Origin: Raillietiella orientalis
Lineage: Eukaryota
Direction of reading: 5' to 3'
DNA: 64,000 nt
NCBI GenBank assembly: GCA_036172245.1
Contig: JAYWIR010000001.1
Span: 9,610,001 to 9,674,000, forward strand
The notes beneath the pieces were generated by a model. It worked only from the letters and a program-made list of their open reading frames with translations. It did not search any database and was not told where the DNA came from. The translations under genes were made by a program, and so were the position numbers. The stretch's first letter is position 1. Each line of letters begins with the position of its first letter. This document shows, piece after piece, positions 1 to 11,087 of this stretch.

Positions 1-363
1 TCCCCCAACGCCCCCAGAGGTGACCAGTTTTCCCCTTGGCACCCCTCCCGCCCATCTCTTTCCCTATTTGTCTTTTTTTCCCGTGAAGTTGCCCGCTGCG
101 TTTCTTGCTCCACAGTTTCTTACAGGGCACCCAGCAGTTCATTCCTGCGGGAAGACAGCCAATGCGACTCTCTGATTCTCCTTCTTCCGTGTATTTGCCT
201 GCTTTTCCCTTCCATTCCCTCCTGATCGGAAAGCTTCGCGGAACGATCTCGCGGACGTCGTCCGTCGGTCGTCGAGGCGAAGCGGCATCGGCGAGAGAGG
301 AGGAAAGGAGGAGGAAGAAGGGGGGAGGAGGAGGAGATGAGGGGGGGAGCACCCTGAAAAGGG

Positions 364-1491
364 CTACTTGGGTTTCAGGAATTCCGGCAGCGCTTCCATC
401 AGGGACTGAAGAGCGGAGTCCTCCGTCACCCTGGGGTTGATGAGGGCCTCCGTCTTCAAACGCGAGGGACCCTCCGAGGGCAGGTGATGGTGGTGTTGGC
501 GGGCGGGGGCGATCGGGGGGAACCAGGGCACGTTCGGAATAAAGCCGGCCGTCCCCGGAGGAGCGAACGGGGCAGTTAAGTTCCATGCTTCCGCGGGCAT
601 GGGTGCCTCGCCGATACCCCCGCCCGCTGAGGTCGCTGCGGTCAGCTGGTCGTAGCCGTCCTCCCATTCATCCCAGCCGTTCTTCAGCTTCAGCAGGAAG
701 TTTTTCATGACGTTGTCGTAGACGCCCTTGGCCAGGAAGGCGAGGATCGGGAGAGTGACGTAGAAGTTGGGGTTCATCTTGATCCCCTTGAGGACGTCCA
801 GGAGGGTCACCTGCCCCTGGGGTGTCAGCAGGCAGTAGGAGCACGTCTGGACCTGGCTGCCCGGCGTCTCTACGGAGACGTTCTTCCGGAAGACCTTGCT
901 CCGGATCCTGTCCAGCACGTCGGCTGGGCCCACCAGCTTGATCATGTGGGAGAACTTGGTCACGTTGAAGAAGTCAGCTCCGGCGGCGGCCGCTGAGAAC
1001 TTGTCCGTCAGGACCTTGAACGGAATCCCTGGAGCGCCGGCGGGCGCATTCCCGACCACAGGAAGTCCCGTCAGCACGGAGAGCAGCTCCTTCAGGAGTC
1101 GGCTGTCCTTGGGGTGGTCCTCTGGTCCCCATTCGTGGGGTGGAGGGTGCGGAGACTCGAGGGGAGGGGCGGACGGTGGCGGGCGATGGTCGAGGGCGCT
1201 CTGCTTCCTCAGCTCGTGCAGCAGCCGCTTCTTCTGCGAGGCGCTCATTAGCCGCAGGTCCAACCGGGCCTTCTCCGGGCCGCCCCCGCGATCCGTAGCG
1301 CCATCAACCGCGGGCCAGCGAGCGGGTTCGATCGGGGATCCACTGCCGGCGCCGGACGCGGGTGTCCTAACAGGAGCACGCTGCTCCCTTGGCAACGACC
1401 CGAGGAGAGGCATCCAGAAGAACACGAGGGCGAGAGGTTTCGATGGCATCTCCGTGGGCGTGGTAGAGAGGGCTTGGGCGCTCACTATCAT
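364..1491 (-). CDS. Orphan, probably secreted or membrane-anchored protein (~375 aa from ATG 1491, or 361 aa from ATG 1449); single coding exon
   Basis: Part of the 490-aa ORF 364..1836. A polypyrimidine tract plus CAG acceptor ends at 1498 on the - strand, and a GTGAGG donor candidate lies at 1626. Hydrophobic N-terminus MPSKPLALVFFWMPLLGSLP. The core (PFKVLTDKF...KLKNGWDEWEDGYDQL) has strong C/G third-position bias. N-glycosylation sequons NVT, NVS, NLT. No family recognised. Confidence 0.7.
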   Translation of the reverse strand: MIVSAQALSTTPTEMPSKPLALVFFWMPLLGSLPREQRAPVRTPASGAGSGSPIEPARWPAVDGATDRGGGPEKARLDLRLMSASQKKRLLHELRKQSALDHRPPPSAPPLESPHPPPHEWGPEDHPKDSRLLKELLSVLTGLPVVGNAPAGAPGIPFKVLTDKFSAAAAGADFFNVTKFSHMIKLVGPADVLDRIRSKVFRKNVSVETPGSQVQTCSYCLLTPQGQVTLLDVLKGIKMNPNFYVTLPILAFLAKGVYDNVMKNFLLKLKNGWDEWEDGYDQLTAATSAGGGIGEAPMPAEAWNLTAPFAPPGTAGFIPNVPWFPPIAPARQHHHHLPSEGPSRLKTEALINPRVTEDSALQSLMEALPEFLKPK

Positions 1492-4400
1492 CCCAACCTG
1501 GAAGGAGGGAAGGGTTGGGAAGAAAGGAAACAGCACTCCTCCCTCCCTTCCTTCCCTCCCGTCCGCGTTCTTGCTGAGGCAGGGGGGAGGAGGAATGAGG
1601 GAGGGGAGGAAGAAGCACACCCTCACTTGCCCCTGGGTGTGGCGCCACCGCGCCTGCCGCGAGTCGGAAGGAGCTCCTGTTTCCGCGTCCCGCGGAACCG
1701 ATCCTCGTTCCCTGGAGGCGGCGGAACGAGGAGTCCGGGAACCCACCGCTGGGAGGCAGCAGGCGCGTGCAGATAGTCTACCACCTGGACTCGTCCTGGT
1801 GGTCCAGCGGAGCTGCGATCGTGCCCGAGCGCGCACACGCCATGGCGGTCGATCACGTGAACCGCCTCCCGGAAATCGACGACCCGCGGGACGGCTATCC
1901 TTTCGGGGAGAAGGGGGAGCAGCGATCGATCGATCGATCAGAGCGAAGCTGTCGGACGACGCGAAGGCCTACGAATTCCCCTGCCCTTCCTCTCCCACCT
2001 TATCCGCATCCCAGCCTCGTGGAGCTCGTGGAGGGAGAGAACGGGGCTCGTGGAGATCCGCGCCGATGAGGAGGTCTCGTAGCTTGAAGGTCAGAGGCCT
2101 CCGAGCCGCTGCCATGGGAACCGAACCGGTGTCCAAGCGGTCGGGGGATCCCTAGGGCGCCTGGCTGGAGATTCACGAGAGGCACTACGGCACCGAGGAG
2201 CCTCCTGCGGGATCGCCAAGGGTGGGTCGTCCTCCGATCGGTTGGTCTGCTCGCTCTACGGGCTGGTCGGACGCCCCATGATGCCTCTGGGAACTCTGGA
2301 AAGCGATTCGAGAAATTTTTCCCCGCGTAGGGGCTGGGAGCACCAAGAGGGCGCTATGGGGGACTTCAGCGAAAGACCCCGTCGTCACCTCCCTTCCCCA
2401 GCATCCCCTGTCCCAACAACCTTCCGGTTGCATCCTCTCGTTCGAGGTAGCCGGGTCTCGTGGCCTCCACTGAGGAGGGGAAGCCTTGACAACCGGCGGA
2501 GGTAGGGGGACACCTCGTTCCTCATAGCGCGTCGTCACGGTTCCCCCCTCCCCCCTTCCAGCTGGAAACGATCTCAGGATGAGTCGAACCGCGGAACAAC
2601 CTGGATGAAGGTATGGTCACTCCGCTGCAGGGGAAAAGGTGATTGGAGAAGAGGGTCACCTGCAGCGAAGGAGTAGGGAAGTGTCCGTAGTTCGCTCCCC
2701 CTTTCCTGGTCACCGGGCCTTCGCCAGGGTCACCCTCAAACCCAACTTCATGGGATCCTCTTCCTCCCCTGATCTTCCGCAGGGAGATCGAAAGACCCTC
2801 GGGGCATCTCGCAAGCCGGTTGAGAGGCACTACTGCCGCTTCTCCTCAAGAAGTCATTCCGAAGACCGGAGGCGTCCGGACTGCTTTCATACGATTCAAA
2901 GGGAGGAGGCCGCTGCTCCCTTGGCAACCATTAGGGGAGGGGAACGCGAGGGAAGTGGGCCCGCCACCTCGCTCCTAGGCAGTGAGCCCCTCGGGGCGAT
3001 GCGAGCCCACGGCGGCTACTCGGAGGAACCGCCTACTCGCCCGAGGGCAGGTCTCGCAGTGGACCCTCGCAAAGGAGGGAGTTCCGGTTGCCATTCCAGA
3101 AATAGGGGCCTTCGGCTGGCGGACGCGCAGCGAGATGGAGCAGGGAAGGCGGGGAGTGTGGACGTAGGATGCCTCTCAGGGCAGGGAAACTGAGCTCTTC
3201 CGGCGGCGGGCATTCCTGGACGCCCTTTCGGTCTGGGGGAAGCGCGCGCCTCGTGGGAGGTGGAGGATTCCAGGAAAGAGTAGGGCGGGCGTCTCCCAGG
3301 ACCACATCGGGCGAGAGCGCACCTTTTCCGGGAGAGGAAAGGTGAGGAGGTCGCTCCGTTTCCACGGCAGTGGCCTGGAAAGCGGGGCAGGGTCCCCTTC
3401 CTTATCTTCCCCTGGAGGGGCGGTTCCTGGAGCCATCCGAAGAGGCAGAGGCTTGGAGCCCCTTGCCGCTCCCTTGGCAACGGTCCGGGGAAGAAGGAAC
3501 GCGAGGGCTGCTGCTCCGCCGCGGGTCTCCGGCGTCCCTCCTCCTGGTGCCTTGGAGGTCCCGCGCTCCCCCTCATTTCCTGGACTTCAGAAAGCGGCTG
3601 GCGAAGCGGAGGAGGGAAGTGTCCGGCTTTTCGCGTCCCGCCTCGGGTTAACGGTAGTGGCACAACGCTTGACCTCGGTGGGGTCAGGTTGCCCCATCCT
3701 CGGCCACCTCGATGCCGCTCCCGCGTGACACAGGGATGGAAGGGAGGGAAGGAAGACGAGGTCTCCACAAAGGGACGGAAGGCATCCGGTTTGAGCAGCG
3801 GAAAGGTCGCTCTGCTGCCCTGCGTTTCCCTGGGAACCTCTCGTGGACACCAACGACGTCCACTTTTGGGACCAAGAAGTTCTTCGACCCCTTTCGACGC
3901 CCTTTACAGGAGGGTATAGCGCTCGATGCAGGACAGGTCGCGAGCACTGACGGAGGAGCGCGTCCTCCAGCTCCCTGCCTCAGGGGGAGGACCATGGGAA
4001 TGCCTCCGGCTCCCTGGGCTCCATGCTACGGCATCCCGAATCCTCCCCACTCCCCTGCGGGAGCGCCTCCGGTGACAACCCGGGTCCTCGGGATCCAGGA
4101 AATGCCCTTCTCGAGGTCTCCCACGGTTCAGCGGAGGGAGCGAGTGCCGCCTCGTGGACGCGGCGGAAGACAAGGGAGCGCTCCCCTGACTCATTCGCCG
4201 AGGCGAGCGGCCGAAAGAGGGAGGGCTCTAAGGGAAGGGTGTGGGGGCAGGAAGAGGTATCGGAGGCAGAGACTGCGAAGCATCCCTCCCCGCAGAGCGA
4301 AAGACACTGCGGGGAGCACCCGAAGCGCTCCCCACAGGAAGGAAGGAGTGGTGGTTGCCGAGGCGACCACCAACTACGAGAACAAGTAGCAGAAGGGGTG

Positions 4401-5095
4401 ACGGGTGGGGGCAAAAGCCAAAGGACCAGGGAGGGAGATGAAGGGACACCGCACCAAAGTCACGATGGAGCGGAGCTCGCGGAAAAGACCGGAGGCATCC
4501 TCGCAACCCTTCCCTATCTTACGACCGATTCTCACCCTCATCCCCAGCACCCCCATGCCGAGCGGCAGCCTGCCCGCCTACCTTCTTCTGCCTTGCGGAA
4601 CCTCCACACGCGCGCGCTGACACCTCGGAGCCGTCCTTCGGGTATGTGGCGGCTGCGGCTCGCCCCCTCGGAGGCGGCTACATGCCCCCGGGAGAGGAAT
4701 CGCGCGCTCTGTTGGCCACCGCGGGCACCAAACTGTGACGCGGGTGATGCGCTCCCCCCCCCCCTCCCTTCTCTCTCGCTGACGCTCTCCTCTTCCCGCC
4801 TCGCCTTTCGCTTCCGCGCCGCCTTTGTCAGAAGACGCGCGCGCTGTCGCGCTCTGATTGCCTCGGCACAGTTTCCGCCGGTCCCGCGGAGACGGAGACG
4901 CGTGTCGCGCCTGAGGGCGCACGTCGCCACGGAAACGAAATCGGCTCCCGTCCTGAAGAGCGCAGGGGAAGAGTCGCCTCTTCCTGCCACCCGTCCGCCA
5001 CCCTCCTCCCGAGGGAAGGTGAACGAGACGTCTTCCGGGTTACGTCGTCGCCACGGGAGCCCGTCAGGACCGCTGCTCTCCGCTACGGTTCCTCC

Positions 5096-8000
5096 TTGAG
5101 TAGCGTCAGGGAGAAGAAAAAGACGAAGGCCAGAAACCCCTGCCGCCTCCGCGCAGGCAGCTGGAACTTCTTCCGTGCCCTGAAGCGCGACTGGCTGTCC
5201 GAGGCAGGCGCGCGCAAGGCTCATCTGATAGCCTGCGATTTTAACATTCACCTGCTGTCAGGTGTGGTGAGGACAGAGGCCACCCCGGTTAACGAGATGT
5301 CCGCTGCGGTGCACGCGTCCAACTTGTTAGCCGGCAACACTGGGATGGAATGGAGCCTCCCGCATAGAACTCGTCCTTTGCTTGCGCGCCAGGGGGGGTC
5401 CCTCGCAGGTGTGGCGTCTACCGGAGGGCTGGCTGACCAAGCCAGTCGCAGCGGCACACACCTCCACGCGTTCTTGCGAGGTTTCAGCCTGTAGACGCTC
5501 GAAGACTGGGACGACATGAAAGTCTCGGTCCGAGAGTTCTGCCAGTAGTTCCCCATGGACCGTCTCCCAAGAGGATTTGGTGACGGTGTTTGTAACGAGC
5601 GTGCCTATTTGCAGGCCCGCCGTTACACCCGACATTCGCCGTTTGGCAGAGTTTTAAGCTGGGCCGAGCGGCAAGCCTGGGAATCCGGATCGCCCAGCTT
5701 GCTGGACGATGAGGACCAAGAGCATTCGATCCCGGTAAAGGTGAACAGCTTAATGCGAGGATATTATTGCTCCCTGTACACCAGGGTGCCTCCGGACCGG
5801 GAATTCTCGCGGCTTTTGCTTCAGGATGGCTCCCCGGCGATCGGAGAGGAGGAGAGAGCACGCCTGGGCGAGCCTTCCACGATGGGTGAAATCATCACCG
5901 CAATCGGGAAGCTTAACAGGCGGAAGGCACCGGGGGAGGACGACCTGACCGCGGAGTTCTTTCAATGCTTCGCGGCGGAGCTGACCCATCTGGTGCAGCG
6001 CTTAACGCTGCTGATCCGGGAGACAGGCGACGTTCCCACCTCCTTCCGATCGGCACGGATGCGCCTCCTCCCGAAGGGAGGGGACTTACGGAACCTCAGC
6101 AACTGGCGTCCGATCACCATTTTGAACGCGGACGCCAAGCTGCTGGCAAAATTATGGTCGGGGCGACTGGGACAGGTGGCAGAAAGCTTCATCAGCCCGG
6201 AGCAGACATACGCTGTTCGCGGGCGGAGCATGATCGCCAACCTGCTCTTCTCGAACAACTGGTTCGAGTTCCAGCGGTGTAGATTAAACCAAGGGAGCAC
6301 GGTCGACACCTCGATTTACGGGACGTTCGCTGATGGTTCGCGGGATGGTCGGGAGCTCGAGGGGGCCCTCGCGGTCGCAGTCGATTTGCGAAAAGCTTTC
6401 GATTTTCACCGGGATTTCGCCGGGGCGTTTATTTGAAAATAAACTTTAAAAAAGACATCAGTGTCTGGAGCAATGCTCCAGCCACTCACGAAGAAACACA
6501 GAGCCTGCCGGGTCACCGGTTCTCAGACCGGTACGGCCCACCAAGGCAGCAGGGGGAAGGGGGAAAAACAAAAAACTAAACAAAAAGAAAAAAAAAGAGT
6601 GGGAGGGTACGGGAAGGGATCACTATTGCTGCTGGGGCCATTGCATCCTTCTCAGGATGCCGGCAAGCTCTTGTATACGCGGATCCAGGTGGTGCCATCG
6701 CGACGCCCTCCTCAGGAATTGGGCGGCGCCCTGGATAACATCCTTATCGCGTGGTCCTCCCGTAGCCGTGCTCCATGCGGCGACGATCCCGCGAAGGCAG
6801 CACAAGGCTGCTATCGAGGCCGCTGGCCGAAGGGCGTCGGCAACGAAGAGGGCTTTCAATGCGTCCCTGGGGTTGCCGCAGGGGATACCGATGGCCGCGG
6901 CAAAGCGGAACCAAAGGGGCCGAAGGGCAACACAATCCAGTAGGAGGTGGGGGAGGGACTCCCGTTCCCCACACCTAACACAATTGGGATCGACCACTCC
7001 CCAGGTCCAGTGGTGTCGGCGGGCGTTGCAGGGGAGTCCCCAATGCTGCAACAGTAGAGCCGACTCCTGCCATTTTAAGGAGAGGGTGGAGGTGTTCATG
7101 AGCACCGGGGGCCACTTCAGATGTTCAGTCGGAACATCGAGCAGTGCGCCCCAGCGCAAAAGTCCATGGGGAGGCGTACTCGGGGTCGCAGTGTCTGTTA
7201 ACTGGCCCGTCTTCCACTCTCCCTGCTTCTTCTCCTTTCCGGAGATGGTTGCTTTAACCTCTCACTCCGCCGCAACATCGCTGTCCTGATCTTCCAACCA
7301 ACGTCTCTTTCAGCGGAAGAAATGTGTTCGGTGTGCCGGTTCGCTGCGGGATACGGCAGGGCGACAGCTTGAGCCCCCTGTTCTTCAGCACCTACTTCGA
7401 GCTGGTCCTGAGGGCATACAGGGAGACTCTAGCTCGCCTGCCGCGCGTATGCCCAGGTACACCGGCCGTGGCGTCGTATGCGGACGATCTTCTGCTCCTG
7501 CTTCCCATGTCCACCCGGACGTCGGCGGTCGAAAATTTTTTCGAGCTGCTGCGCCGCGGGACAGGACTGGAGGTGAACAGAGCGAAGTCGTCCGTGGTTG
7601 CAGTCGGTTCGTCGTGGGCAGGGCAATTGGACTGGTTCCGCTTGGGGATCCCCAAGCGGTGCGGTACTTCAAGTACCCCAGTGTGCCTCGGGGGACTACT
7701 CTCCGGCGGAGGCGTGGTCCAGCGGCCTCCAAAAGGCCGAGAAGGCGATCAGCCCGCTCCTGGATGGCGAGTTTTTCTTGCCGGAACGAGCCGTGGTGTG
7801 GAACGCGTTCGTGGCCTTCTTTTTCGCCACTTGCTTTTTGTTTTCCCCTCAACCTGCGGTGTGAAGAGGCGGACAAATGACCTCCTGAGGATTGCCCTTT
7901 GGGGCAGAGGGAGACCCCGAGTCCTCCTGAAGGACATGTGAGCTCCGCATCGCGACGGAAGCCTCGGCCTCTGACGCTGGAGTGGCTGGAGCTGCAGCTC

Positions 8001-9110
8001 CAGTTCAGGACTTTAGCCCTAGGGGCGAAGCTATGGAGCACCTGTCAGTGCGAGCCTGCACGACACCTGGTCCAGCGAGTCAGCAGGTGCGCGGGACTGT
8101 CTACCTACCTAGCGCGCCGCAAACGTCGGTTTCTGTTCCACTGCGGACTGGAACTCCGGCGAGTGGTCAAGCTGACCAAGACGAACATCTGAGTCTCCTG
8201 CCGACCCGCTAAAGGCACTGCCTGGCTGCAGGAAAGCCTTTGCACATGGGTCCAGTACAAGGAAGCGAGCCCGGAGTTGCGGCAGCAACTGTTGCACTCC
8301 TTTTACAATAGCCGCTCGCTGCAGGACGTCATCGTTCAGCCCACCTCGCGTGCGTGGGCTGAAACCTGCCCTTTCAGCCTCCCTAGCTGCGGCTTTTCCC
8401 TACCTCAGGGAGCACCTGGACAGTAGTCAGCCGGCCAAATGGGAGGTCCGTTATAAAATCTCTTCAAGACAGAAGGAACTAGGTGGTTGGACCACGGGGA
8501 GCTAAGTGACGCTGAGACCTCAAGTGTCACTTAGCGAAGGGGTTATTGAGCTGGGGTGAGCTGCTGAGCATCCCACGGGAAGTACTCAAGTGGCCCCCAG
8601 TTCTGAAGAATACCCGGGCCCTCCCCCTGAAGTGGCAGGAGTAGGCGTTTCTGGTGTTGCACTGGAGACTTCCCAGCAACGACCGCCGATCTCACTGGAC
8701 AAGGGAGGCAATGGACCCAAACTGCGTCAGGTGCGGGGTACAGGAATCCCTCCCGCACCTGCTTCTTGACTGTATTGCCCTCCGGCCCCTGTGGTTGCGT
8801 TTTGCAACGGCCCTAGGTGCACCCTCGAACGATCCCAGAGACGTATTCAAGCGCCTATTTGTGCGTGATGCCCTTTCGCCTGCAGCAGCTGCCTGCAGTC
8901 CTTTGCTGCCTACGAGAGATTGTGGTGTCCTGGAGCATCGCTACTGGTGGGCAGAACGATAGGGACGCCATCTGCTCCGCCCTGCGCTTCCTGAGGACGG
9001 CAGCCAGATGGCCCCATCTGGGACGTATGCGGACTGAACTGGCCGGCATCCTGGAAAGGATGTAGAGGACAACCCCAGCGGAACGTGATCCCTTCTCCGC
9101 CCCCCCCCCC
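5096..9110 (+). mobile_element. Decayed Tx1/L1-type LINE ORF2 (APE endonuclease remnant, reverse transcriptase, C-terminal zf-RVT-like zinc finger), interrupted at 6401-7287
   Basis: Motifs in order: IACDFN (APE GDFN), WDDMKVSVREFC, KAPGEDDLTAEFF, LLPKGGDLRNLSNWRPITILNADAKLLAK, DLRKAFD (~6400), GIRQGDSLSP, SYADD, GLEVNRAKS, ERAVVWN, CVRCGVQESLPHLLLDC (8720-8775). Stop at 9063-9065. Many stops and frameshifts. Confidence 0.93.
6401..7287 (-). mobile_element. 5'-truncated 3' end (zinc finger plus T-rich 3'UTR) of a related Tx1/L1-type LINE, nested antisense in the host LINE
   Basis: ORF 6623..7159 (WPPVL...HWGLPCNARRHHW...DPNCVRCGERESLPHLLLDC) is clearly homologous to, but diverged from, host 8420-9065. 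It is followed by a T-rich UTR and AATAAA (TTTATT at 6428-6433 on +). Confidence 0.88.
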
Positions 9111-9590
9111 TTGACGCTGGTTGACCTATTAGGGTGCGGCGGCCACTGGTGGAAGCCGGGTGCCCCTGCTGCTTGACCGGGACTGGAAGTTGACCCTCTG
9201 GGATCCTTCCAGGACAACCATAAGCCTTTTGGACGGATCCCCTCCGACGGTGAAAGTGGAGCCACCCTATGGCATCATCGTGTTTCATGGAACTGGTTAA
9301 TCTCCTCCCCAGGGGGGTGGCCTCTCCAGATCGCAAGAAGCGCGCTGCTCCCCTCGAGGAGTGACCCTTAAGGGAAATCTGGGAGCGTCTGTTTGAGGGT
9401 TCTCTTCAGAGGAGAAAACGAGGAGAGGCCCCTTTCAGAAGGTCCCTCAGGAGAGAATGAGGAAGAAGGTGCTTCCCTTCGGGGTTCCCCTCCCAAAGCT
9501 CAAGAGGAACAGACTCCTTCCTCTGGAGCCCTTCCTGGATTCACAAGGTGGTCTTACTCGGGGTCGCCCGCCCTAACTGGAAGAGCTCGT
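9111..9590 (+). mobile_element. SINE-like repeat family A, 5'-truncated copy
   Basis: Shares GCTGGTTGRYCTATT...CACTGGTGGAAGCC, GCGYTGCTCCC, the GGTTCCCT-rich core and GAGCCCTTCCTGG...TAACTKGAAGAGC with the 30280-30945 copy and with the reverse complements of the 10345-11087 and 27655-28480 copies. Confidence 0.75.
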
Positions 9591-10344
9591 CGGCTCGTTC
9601 CATCCTAAGGAAGAGCTTCAGGGGCGGGAGATCCGGGCACGCAAGGGCGGGGGAGGCGCTGCGGGGAGTTCTGAGCTCCCTGCCGCCTTCCCGAGGAATC
9701 TGCACGCCTGAGGGCTGCAACGGAGGGGAACCGGGGACGAGGCGGGAGCGGCAGGAAGAATTGTGCGCGCGCCAACCTCCACAGCCACGCGGCTTCAGGA
9801 TGCGCCGGCGAGAGCGTCCTCCTCGCCGGAAGCGGCGCGGGCCCGACCGCTCCAGTGATTTCGTCGCCCTCAGCCACTCCTCCCGCGGCTGGGGAAGAGG
9901 AGCAGGAGCCCCTCATCTGCAGGGCTCCTGGGTAGCGTCCTCGAAGAGTGGAGGTGAGGCGTTCGGTCTCATGGTCGTGCTAGAGGACAGGTCTGATCCA
10001 ACTTTGCTGGTATCCATCGCCTCAGACTGCGAACGAGGCGGCAGCATGCGGACTGGTTAGAAGAAGGTCGGTGCGAGCAGCCGAAGAGCTCCACTTCCCC
10101 CTCCCCTTCTCTTCTCCCCTCTCCCTCGAAGCGAAGGGCTCCGGAGATACGTGAGGATGTGCGTGGACGATCGATAGGTCTCCGCGTGCTAAGCCATTTT
10201 GGGTGGCAACCTGCTAGGCCATCCAAAGGGACGGACAGTAATTCAGAGGGAGATCCACTGCACATGCAGTTGCATGCTGGAAATCCCCTGAGGTCATCCT
10301 GCTTCCCTTCTGCCCCTTTTTTCCCCCTTTTTTTTTTTGGAATA

Positions 10345-11087
10345 TCGAGGACTGCTGAACAACCGTTCGCCTCCTGAGGGGGGCGACCCTGCTCACCTTT
10401 GACGCTGTCCACGCCACCCGGGGATGCGTGTGGCTCTTCAAGTCATAGGTGGTGACCCTAGAGGGACCACTCTATGATTCCGGGAAGGGCTCCGGAAAAG
10501 GCGTCCGTTTCTCTCAACCTTGAGAGGGGAACCCCCCAAGGGACCCCTTGTCCTTATTCTCTCCAGAGGGGTCCCCCGGCTCGTTGTCTCTCTTAAGGGA
10601 ACGCGGAAAGGATCACTCCTTGTTTGCTCTTCTGGAAAGAACCCCGGAGGGATACTTCTCAGTTTCTTTGGGGGTCGCTTCCCTGAGGGAGCAGCGCAAT
10701 TCCTGGCACTCTGGAAAGGCAGCCACCGAAGGGGGCATCAACCAGCTCTGTGGTACGCGATGGAGGGTCCTCCACCACCAGGGGAGAGGATGGTTCCCTC
10801 TTCCCAACAGGAGGGGGAAAGTCCGAAAGGAACCGGCGCTCCTCGATTCCCGGAAGGTCATCTTACGATTCCGGTCATTCAACGTGGAGCGTCTGGCTTC
10901 CACCAGTGCCACACCCGAAACCAGCAGAGGCCAACCAGTCACATCCTGAGAGGGGGACTCGAAACCCACGACGCCCTTCCCTCTCGTTCTTGACGTCGGA
11001 CTCTTCTCCCCGGGCGGGATTCGAATCCGCGACGTTCGGTGGTGAGGCGCGCGCGGAGACCGCAGCCACACGCTCGCCAACGTGGGC
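10345..11087 (-). mobile_element. tRNA-derived SINE-like repeat family A, near full length
   Basis: On the - strand the head reads GCCCACGTTGGCGAGCGTGTGG (A-box-like)...GTCGCGGATTCGAATCCC (B-box, 11016-11028). A second B-box-like GTCGTGGGTTTCGAGTCCC lies at 10952-10972. The body matches the other family A copies. Confidence 0.78.

Noticed and set aside
896..2155. 419-aa + strand ORF
   Set aside because: Antisense shadow of the codon-biased - strand gene; Arg/Ser/Gly-rich with no motifs.
11005..11087. Possible tRNA gene (also at 28437 and 63802)
   Set aside because: B-box present, but no convincing cloverleaf or T-run terminator; attached to a repeated body, so called a SINE head.
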